Positions 6,933-13,760 of a DNA stretch of 15,092 nt are shown here, one piece after another. The notes under the pieces are model-generated. The model saw only the letters and a list, made by a program, of their open reading frames with translations, was not told where the DNA came from and searched no databases. Source of the DNA: Okeania sp. (GTDB taxonomy: Bacteria > Cyanobacteriota > Cyanobacteriia > Cyanobacteriales > Microcoleaceae); the NCBI RefSeq assembly GCF_035285525.1, contig NZ_JAYKGW010000149.1, forward strand, positions 1 through 15,092, read 5' to 3'. A program made the translations under genes and the position numbers. Positions within the stretch are counted from its first letter, which is position 1. Each line of letters opens with the position of its first letter.

Positions 6933-7181
6933 TTACAGGTTTCTAGTTAGAGAATATAGCAGAGAATAACCTCCAAAAAATACAGCTGGAACTGCTATCA
7001 TCAAAATTATTGAACCTAAAGGAACTTCAAAAGAAATTATATAGACTAATACTGCTGCATAGAAAGCTAATATACCCATTCCCACAAGAGTTAACTTTTT
7101 AGGAGTCCACTTAATCTGTTTTTTCTGAATTTTTGTCAGCATTTTTAGGTCTTTACCTTTTAAAAGTTTACCTCTTGGCAT
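6933..7181 (-). CDS. Small membrane protein, 82 aa, Lys-rich N-terminus plus two predicted TM helices
   Basis: Strong SD (AAGGAG, 6 nt spacing). Basic N-terminus MPRGKLLKGKDLKMLTKIQKKQIKWTPKK followed by two hydrophobic stretches (LTLVGMGILAFYAAVLVYIISF and GSIILMIAVPAVFFGGYSLLY). Confidence 0.55.
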   Translation of the reverse strand: MPRGKLLKGKDLKMLTKIQKKQIKWTPKKLTLVGMGILAFYAAVLVYIISFEVPLGSIILMIAVPAVFFGGYSLLYSLTRNL

Positions 7182-7187
7182 AATCTA

Positions 7188-7193
7188 CTCCTT
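7188..7193 (-). promoter_or_regulatory. Shine-Dalgarno (AAGGAG on the minus strand) for the 82-aa gene
   Basis: Plus-strand CTCCTT at 7188-7193, 6 nt from the start codon at 7179-7181. Confidence 0.6.
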
Positions 7194-7597
7194 TAATAAT
7201 CATTAAATAATTGAATTTTGGCAGTTGATAATTTTAGCTATGATTTTTCTAAGACATAAAAACCGGGTTTGTATTAGATGCCTTACCAGACTAATATTTG
7301 TCTTCAACAAACCTAGTTTCCGATCATCTAAGCTTAGATTTCATCCCTTAATTCACCAACACCCAATTTTACTTAATTTTGATTGTAACTTGTTTATCAA
7401 TCTGAAGCAAGTTAAGTATTATTTCGTAAGCATTCAGCTATCAGGTTTTTAATTTCTCTCACATTTTTAACTAGAGAATTGAAGTACAAAAACAAGAGTT
7501 TAAGTTGTCACATACAATTAATTGTGTCGGGGGAAAATGTAAATTTTTCTTGAAAGCTAATAGCTGTTTGCGCAGTATGACCCAGGAAATACTTACA

Positions 7598-10096
7598 TTA
7601 TTTCCAATCAAACTGCATTCCTAAATATTCCTCTAATCTTTGATTATGAGGTTGAAAATATTCACTTAATTTCTGGCGCATCTCATCACTTATTGGAGAA
7701 TAATATCCTGGATTTAATTTTCTATATTCAGGCAGTTGATATTCTGGTAATTCTAAAAATTTCCATACTTTTTTCATAGTCTTGACAGGTTTTTCATAAA
7801 GGTCTTCTCCCTTTAAAATTAGTATTTGTTTTCTAGGAAATACTGCTAACCATTCTTTGATAAATTCTATATAAACACCACGTCCTATATAGTTTTCTGG
7901 TTGTTGCCAATAATTTTTGTCTCCTTGAGGTTTTTCAGGATTTTTTCTGAGTATTTCTAACTCTGAATTTATTGCTGTTTCAAAGGAACGATTATCCCAA
8001 TTTAATCTAATCCAATGATTATATTGAGAGAATGCTCTATCTACAGGATTTCTCAAAATTACTAATAATTTTACTTCTGGAAATACATTATATATTCGCT
8101 CGGCACTTTGATAATTTTCTAGATAGTTAGGAGTTGCTTCTCCAGTAATAAATTTTTCTGATTTAGGAATAGGAGGAAAGTGTGCGAGATACCAATTAAT
8201 TCCTTTCTCAAAGTCTCGATACCAAAAATGAGTTTCTTTTTTTATTGCTGGTATTACTTGGGGATGTTGAGCAATATAATTTTCCAGGGAAGTTGTACCG
8301 CTTTTTTGAGCGCCAATAATAATAAAGTTAGGACCATTAGTATTTTTTAAATCCCATTTTTGAGCAACAAAATTAGGATGAGATTTGCGGGTTTTATTGT
8401 AAGCAGCAGTTTGATAATTTTTGATTGCTCCATCTAAGTTTCCTGTTTTTGTGAGAATTTCTCCAAGGTTAACATAACACCAAATACTTTCTGGATTTTC
8501 TTCAGTAACTTTTTGAAAAAATGCTAATACTTGTTTTAGTTTTCTTTGTTTAATCAGAAATTCTAATAAATTAGAATAGAAGAAAAACCAAGGATATTCA
8601 GGTTTAATTTGAATTGCTTTTAGATAAGTTTCGGCAGCTTGATTTAATCTTTTAAATTTGAGTAATGTATTACCTAATTGATAGTAAGGTATAGGTTTTT
8701 TAGGGTTTTTATTAATAGTATTTTGGCAATCAGCGAGTTCCTGGTCTAATTGATTTTTTTGGTTTTCTAGTTGAGCAAGTTTGCTATTAATTTCTGGATT
8801 ATTTGGCTGTACCTGCAAACCTATATTATAAATGATTGTTGCTGGATTAAATAGATTTTTTTGTTCTAGTAAATTTCCCAGTTTTAAATAAAATTCTGGA
8901 CGTTCTAGTTGAATTGATAATTCTTGAATAGGGGTAAGTTTCTGTTGTTGAAGATTTTGAATAATCTCAGAATAATAGTTAATAGTTTCTTGGAGATTTG
9001 ATTGAGATTGTTTTTCCAAAACATATCCAAGTTTTTCATAGATACTTGGTAAATTTTGATTAATTTTAAAAGCATAAAGATAAGCTACTACTGCTTCATT
9101 CCATCTTTGCAGTTTGATAAATGTTTCTCCTAAACTGTAATAAGACCAGAGAAAATCAGGATTAAGTTTAATAGTTTCATGGTAAGCAATAATGGCTGCA
9201 TCTAATTCTCCTTTTTCTTGGAAAAGATTAGCTAATTTATGATGAACTACCCAGATTTCTGGTTGTAATTCTATAGCTCTTTGATAAGCATTAATAGCTG
9301 CATCTAATTTTTTTTGTTTGACTAAAGCATCTCCTAGACAATGACAAGTAATAGCAGTTTGAGGATTTAATTGCAGTGCTTCTTGATAAGAGAAAATAGC
9401 TTTTTCCCACTGCTGAATCTTGGCAAAAGCTTGACCTAAACTATGGTGAGACCAGAAAAATTTTGGGTTAAGTTCAATGGCTTTTTGGTAATTTAATATA
9501 GCTATTTGCCATTTTTCTTCTCCACTATAAATTTCTCCTAAATTATGATGTGCTTCAGAGAGATTTGGATTTAATTTAAGTGATTTTTCATAACAGGCGA
9601 TCGCTTCTTTTTTTTGATTATATTTTAATAGATTTTTGGCTAAGTTCAGATATTCTAAATCTGTTGCTAATTCTGGTTTTAAAGTAAAAGCTTGATACTG
9701 AGAATAAACTGCTAATTCTGGTTTATTTATTTGATGATATATTTCTGCTAAAGCATGATAAGCATTAGCAAAATTTGGTTGTAATTTTATAGCTGTTTGA
9801 TATGAAGCAACTCCTTTATCCCACAATTTTTGTTTGACATAAACACTCCCTAAATTAGCATAAAATTCAGCAAAGTTTGGTTGTTTTTCGATAGCTTTGT
9901 TGTACCAAGTAATAGCTGAATCTAAAGCATCTATTTTTTCCATAATTTTCCCGATAGTATTACTAACTGGGGCAAAATCTGGAACTAATTCTAAAGCTTG
10001 TAAACAAGTAGCATAAGCTTTATCAAAATCTCCTTGAGTTAGGTAAAATTCTGCTTCTTGATTTAATTTTAATGCTGTTGTTTCTGGATTTTCCAT
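7598..10096 (-). CDS. TPR-repeat protein fused to a C-terminal PAPS-dependent sulfotransferase domain (832 aa)
   Basis: Residues 1-588 are TPR repeats (recurring W/Y..LG..Y...A...Y.KAIEL.P). Residues 589-832 (nt 7601-8332) carry the sulfotransferase 5'-PSB loop IIIGAQKSGTTSL (nt 8285-8314), the HFW and GEATPNYL segments, and the 3'-PB motif ILRNPVDRAFSQY (RNPVDRAFS at nt 8027-8053). Confidence 0.9.
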   Translation of the reverse strand: MENPETTALKLNQEAEFYLTQGDFDKAYATCLQALELVPDFAPVSNTIGKIMEKIDALDSAITWYNKAIEKQPNFAEFYANLGSVYVKQKLWDKGVASYQTAIKLQPNFANAYHALAEIYHQINKPELAVYSQYQAFTLKPELATDLEYLNLAKNLLKYNQKKEAIACYEKSLKLNPNLSEAHHNLGEIYSGEEKWQIAILNYQKAIELNPKFFWSHHSLGQAFAKIQQWEKAIFSYQEALQLNPQTAITCHCLGDALVKQKKLDAAINAYQRAIELQPEIWVVHHKLANLFQEKGELDAAIIAYHETIKLNPDFLWSYYSLGETFIKLQRWNEAVVAYLYAFKINQNLPSIYEKLGYVLEKQSQSNLQETINYYSEIIQNLQQQKLTPIQELSIQLERPEFYLKLGNLLEQKNLFNPATIIYNIGLQVQPNNPEINSKLAQLENQKNQLDQELADCQNTINKNPKKPIPYYQLGNTLLKFKRLNQAAETYLKAIQIKPEYPWFFFYSNLLEFLIKQRKLKQVLAFFQKVTEENPESIWCYVNLGEILTKTGNLDGAIKNYQTAAYNKTRKSHPNFVAQKWDLKNTNGPNFIIIGAQKSGTTSLENYIAQHPQVIPAIKKETHFWYRDFEKGINWYLAHFPPIPKSEKFITGEATPNYLENYQSAERIYNVFPEVKLLVILRNPVDRAFSQYNHWIRLNWDNRSFETAINSELEILRKNPEKPQGDKNYWQQPENYIGRGVYIEFIKEWLAVFPRKQILILKGEDLYEKPVKTMKKVWKFLELPEYQLPEYRKLNPGYYSPISDEMRQKLSEYFQPHNQRLEEYLGMQFDWK
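9597..9604. repeat. HIP1 octamer GCGATCGC
   Basis: Exact match; encodes A165-I166-A167 of the 832-aa protein. Confidence 0.95.
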
Positions 10097-10185
10097 TGAT
10101 TTTACTATTACTCCTGCTCACTTTACTGATAATTATATCATTACTTTTATTCTTCTTTTTCCTTGCTAGACTTGAGACAAGTAAA

Positions 10186-11275
10186 TCAGATGATTTTGGC
10201 TAATTTCATTAATTTAAGTAATTTTTGTAAATCAACAAAAATATCTTTGTTAGATGATTTAGTAGAGCAGTTATGATCAAATTCATCACCTATCAAGTGG
10301 TATTGTTCCAAACCAAATATATTACTCAACAACCAATAATAATTCATTACATATTCTGGAATGAAAATAATTTTTTTGACCCCATTTAACCGATTGATTA
10401 TCTGAAGTAATTACAGGACTACTAAAATTATCTCCCCAAACTCGTCCATTTGGCAATATTGCTATAAATGCTTCTTCATAGTTAATCTGACAACCTCGAA
10501 AAGCACGATAAATATTATTATTTATAGTCTGAGATGGCAATAAATTTACTTGGGTAGATGGGTATATATTAATTCTAATTATTGTTGCTGCTGATGATGT
10601 AATAACTTTCCAATCTTCTGTTAAGTGACCAAAATTTTTTGGTAATTTCTTAGAAAATCTACACTTAAGTGCCGCATCAATATAATTTTGTTCTTCTATA
10701 ACTTTAGCTATTTTATGGTAGACATCTATATAGTCAGGTTTAATTTCTAAGGATTTAATAAAACAGGCGATCACTTCTTCTTGTTTACCTAATTCTAATA
10801 ACTTATCTCCTAGATTTAACCATTCTGTTATTGTAGCAAATTTTGGTTCTCAAATAAGTGCTTTATAGTTGCATTCTGTTACTAATTCATCTTGTCCTAA
10901 AAACTGCCATATTTTAGCTAAGTTTCGATAAAAACCTACAAAATTAGGTTGAATAATAATAGTTTTTTCATAATATTTTATTGCTTGTTTTCATTCCTTT
11001 TCCCTAGCACTTATACTACCTATATTTGCATGAACCTCTGCTAAATTTACATTATATTCAATTGCCTGTTTGTAAGATTTTTTAGCTGATTCTAACTTTC
11101 CCATCTTTTGACATATATTACCTAATATTTTGTAAATTTCCCCAGAGTTAGGTAAAATTTATAAAGCTTTATAACAATTATCATAAGCTTCATTTAACTT
11201 TCCTTGAGATAAATATATTTCAGCTTTTTGCTTGAAATTAAATGCTGCTGTTTTTTGATTCTCTATATCTGACAT
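10186..11275 (-). pseudogene. TPR-repeat / glycosyltransferase-like paralogue, decayed (three in-frame stops plus a truncated non-TPR tail)
   Basis: A single frame from ATG 11275 reads MSDIENQKTAAFNFKQKAEIYLSQGKLNEAYDNCYKAL*ILPNSGEIYKILGNICQKMGKLESAKKSYKQAIEYNVNLAEVHANIGSISAREKE*KQAIKYYEKTIIIQPNFVGFYRNLAKIWQFLGQDELVTECNYKALI*EPKF...VIACFIKSLEIKPDY.... Stops are at 11159-11161 (TAA), 10991-10993 (TGA, where the paralogues have Trp) and 10850-10852 (TGA). The non-TPR tail contains AILPNGRVWGDNFSSPVITSDNQ and KNYFH, ends at 10322, and is followed by a shifted-frame 44-codon fragment to 10186. Confidence 0.75.
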
Positions 11276-11386
11276 ATTTTTCATAACTGCAATTATAAAT
11301 TGATTAAATATAAGGAAAAATAAAAGAATAAAATAATAATTTCGTTTAACTTAATAATGCATTATTTCTTCTTCCTTCTTGAAAAA

Positions 11387-13432
11387 TCACCAATTAAACT
11401 TCATTCCTAAATATTCCTCTAATCTCTGGTTATGAGGTTGAAAATATTCAGATAATCTCTGACGGAGCAAATCAGAAATTGGTGCATAAGAACCAGAATT
11501 TAACTTTTTATATTTGGCGAGTTTATGTTCTGGCAAACCCAAAAAATTAAACACTTGCTCCATAGTATTATCTGGCATTTCAAAAAGGTCTTCTCCTCTC
11601 AAAATTAAAAATTGTTCCCTAGGAAATACTGCCATCCATTTCTTGATAAATTCTACATAAACACCTCTTCCTATATAATTTCCTGACATTTGCAAATATT
11701 TTCTATTTCCTTGAGGTTGCTTAGGAGTAGTTTTAAGTATTTCTAATTCCTGATTAATTGCTACTTCAAAACAGCGGTCTTCCCAACTCAATCTTTGCCA
11801 ATGATTATATTGAGAAAAAGCTCTATCTACTGGATTTCTTAAAATTACTAATAGTTTAATATTAGGCAGTAAATTATAAATTCTTTTAGGAACTTCATCA
11901 GTGACTAAATAACTAGGACTAGCTTCCCCAGTAATAAAATTTTGTGACTTAGGAATAGGAGGAAAATGAGCCAGATACCAATCTATTCCCCGATAAAATT
12001 CCCGTGACCAAAAATGAGTTTCTTTCTTAATAGCTGGTAAAACTTGGGGATGTTGACTAATATAACTTGCTAAAGAAGTTGTACCACTTTTTTGAGAACC
12101 AATAATAATAAAATTAGGATGGGGTAAATTATTAAAATTCCAATACTTTTCAACAAAAACAGGGTTGGATTTTCGTATATTATTACGACAAGCTTTTTTG
12201 TAACTGGTAATTGCTTCTTTAATATCTCCTTTTTCTGTAAAAATTTCCCCTAAATTAAGATGACAAAAAAAATTGTTTGGTTCTTTTTTAGTCACATCTT
12301 GATATAAATTTAATACTTCCTCAAGCCGACTTTTTAGCAGGTGTTGCCATAATACTGAATGACAGGAAAACCAAGAACATTCTGGTCTAAGTCTAACGGC
12401 TTCTAAATAGGCAGTAATAGCTTCATTTTTTTGGGAATTATGCAAAAAAGCATTAGCTAAATTATAGTATGCACCAGAGAAATTTGGATTGAGAATAATT
12501 GTTTTTTCAAGAGTAGCGATCGCTTCTTCCCATTCTTGTTTTTGAATATATATATTGCCTAAACTATAGTAAGACCAAAAGAAACTTGGATTAATTTCTA
12601 TAGCTTTTTTATAAGAAATTATCCCTTTCTCCAGCTCACCTTTTTTTTGCCAAACATCTCCTAATTTTTTGTGGAATAAATGATTATCTGGTTTCAAGTC
12701 TATAGCACGACTATAAGCTGAAATTGCTAAATCATATTCTTTTTTTTCTTGCCAAATTTCTCCTAGTAAATAGTAACATCTAGGACTTTTAGGAGTTAGT
12801 TTGATTGCCTGATTTAAAACTACTAATGCTGACTCTAGTTCTCCCTTTTGAGTCAGGACTTCTCCTAATTTTTGATATGATTCTGAGAAATTTGGTTGCA
12901 GAGCAATAGCATTACGATAAAAGTTAATAGCTGCTTCAATCTTGCCTAACTCTAACAATTTATTTCCTAAACTAAAATGTTCTTTTGCTGTAGTTAATTC
13001 CGGTTCTAAAATAAATGCTTGATAACTACATTCTATAGCTAATTCTTCTTTATCAATGTACTGCCAGACTTTAGCTAAATTCCGGTAAACTCCTGCTAAA
13101 TTTGGTTTAATATCAATAGCTTTTTGATAATAAAAAATTGCTTTTTCCCACTGTACCTGTTTAGCATAAACACTACCAAGATTAGCATAAGCCTCAGCAA
13201 AATTTGGTAGTATTTTTATCGCTTTATTGTAGTAACTTATGGCTGCTTCTAAATCACCTTTTGCTTGGAAAATATTCCCTAGAGTTTTGCAAGCTGGAGC
13301 AAATTCTGGTTCCCTATTTAATGCTTTTAAACAAGCTGCATAAGCTGCATCTAATTTTCCTTCAGTTAAACTAGCTTCTGCTAGTTGATGAAAATTAATA
13401 GTGACTGTTTCTATTTTTTCATTATTAGACAT
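11387..13432 (-). CDS. TPR-repeat protein fused to a C-terminal PAPS-dependent sulfotransferase domain (681 aa)
   Basis: Residues 1-438 are TPR. Residues 439-681 (nt 11390-12118) carry IIIGSQKSGTTSL (nt 12071-12100), HFW, GEASPSYL and ILRNPVDRAFSQY. It is colinear with the 832-aa paralogue through the end (LSEYFQPHNQRLEEYLGMKFNW). Confidence 0.9.
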   Translation of the reverse strand: MSNNEKIETVTINFHQLAEASLTEGKLDAAYAACLKALNREPEFAPACKTLGNIFQAKGDLEAAISYYNKAIKILPNFAEAYANLGSVYAKQVQWEKAIFYYQKAIDIKPNLAGVYRNLAKVWQYIDKEELAIECSYQAFILEPELTTAKEHFSLGNKLLELGKIEAAINFYRNAIALQPNFSESYQKLGEVLTQKGELESALVVLNQAIKLTPKSPRCYYLLGEIWQEKKEYDLAISAYSRAIDLKPDNHLFHKKLGDVWQKKGELEKGIISYKKAIEINPSFFWSYYSLGNIYIQKQEWEEAIATLEKTIILNPNFSGAYYNLANAFLHNSQKNEAITAYLEAVRLRPECSWFSCHSVLWQHLLKSRLEEVLNLYQDVTKKEPNNFFCHLNLGEIFTEKGDIKEAITSYKKACRNNIRKSNPVFVEKYWNFNNLPHPNFIIIGSQKSGTTSLASYISQHPQVLPAIKKETHFWSREFYRGIDWYLAHFPPIPKSQNFITGEASPSYLVTDEVPKRIYNLLPNIKLLVILRNPVDRAFSQYNHWQRLSWEDRCFEVAINQELEILKTTPKQPQGNRKYLQMSGNYIGRGVYVEFIKKWMAVFPREQFLILRGEDLFEMPDNTMEQVFNFLGLPEHKLAKYKKLNSGSYAPISDLLRQRLSEYFQPHNQRLEEYLGMKFNW
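12516..12523. repeat. HIP1 octamer GCGATCGC
   Basis: Exact match (AIA codons in EEAIATLEK). Confidence 0.95.
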
Positions 13433-13520
13433 ATTATTTCAGTTATCAGTTAGTCAGTTATCAGTACCTCACACAAAGTTAAGATTTTAAATAGTGTATT
13501 TTGTTCCAATAAAAAATTTT
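13433..13520. mobile_element. Copy C (diverged) of the small dispersed element with a CAGTTAT heptamer head
   Basis: TTATTTCAGTTATCAGTTAGTCAGTTATCAGTACCTC matches the left ends of copies A and B. The block AAATAGTG(T)ATT matches the AAATAGTGAATT block of copy A, and the tail is more diverged. It begins immediately after the start codon (13430-13432) of the 681-aa gene. Confidence 0.5.
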
Positions 13521-13760
13521 ATAGGAACCCTAAATTATATCATTTGGAAAAAAGAATACTCCAAAAAGGTAGAGGGTACATCTCATATTTTTAGGAAACA
13601 GGTATGGAAAGAATAGTTATGGAGAAAAAAAGTGTTTTGGGAAATATTCAGATGCACCCAAGGTAGATGTTCATCGGAAATGCTCGCAAATAGCTACTCC
13701 TATTAATTTTGGATAGTTATATCTATCGTTTATTCCTTTCTGTTAAAGCCTTCTTCCTTG

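Noticed and set aside
7225-7452. 75-aa ORF (TTG start) in the 7182-7597 intergenic region
   Set aside because: It has a non-ATG start, no RBS and an odd composition (MIILAMIFLRHKNRVCIRCLTRLIFVFNK...) with no motif. It more likely lies in the promoter or leader region of the 82-aa gene.
7514-7525. Perfect 12-bp palindrome ACAATTAATTGT as a candidate operator
   Set aside because: At this AT content I estimate several 12-bp perfect palindromes per 15 kb by chance. It does not match a known cyanobacterial site such as the NtcA GTA-N8-TAC consensus.
10322-10774. 150-aa ORF listed in the six-frame track as a possible stand-alone gene
   Set aside because: Its first residue comes from an internal GTG (a decayed HIP1 Ala codon). 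The same frame continues upstream through three stop codons to ATG 11275 with clear TPR homology, so it is the tail of a pseudogene.
4366-10993. In-frame TGA codons (4366, 10850, 10991) as possible Trp or Sec recoding
   Set aside because: One TGA does replace a conserved Trp. However, the same pseudogene also has an in-frame TAA, the nuclease gene has a frameshift and an insertion, and the intact genes in the window terminate normally (the 681-aa gene at TGA, ilvC and the GT2 gene at TAA). Decay is the simpler explanation.
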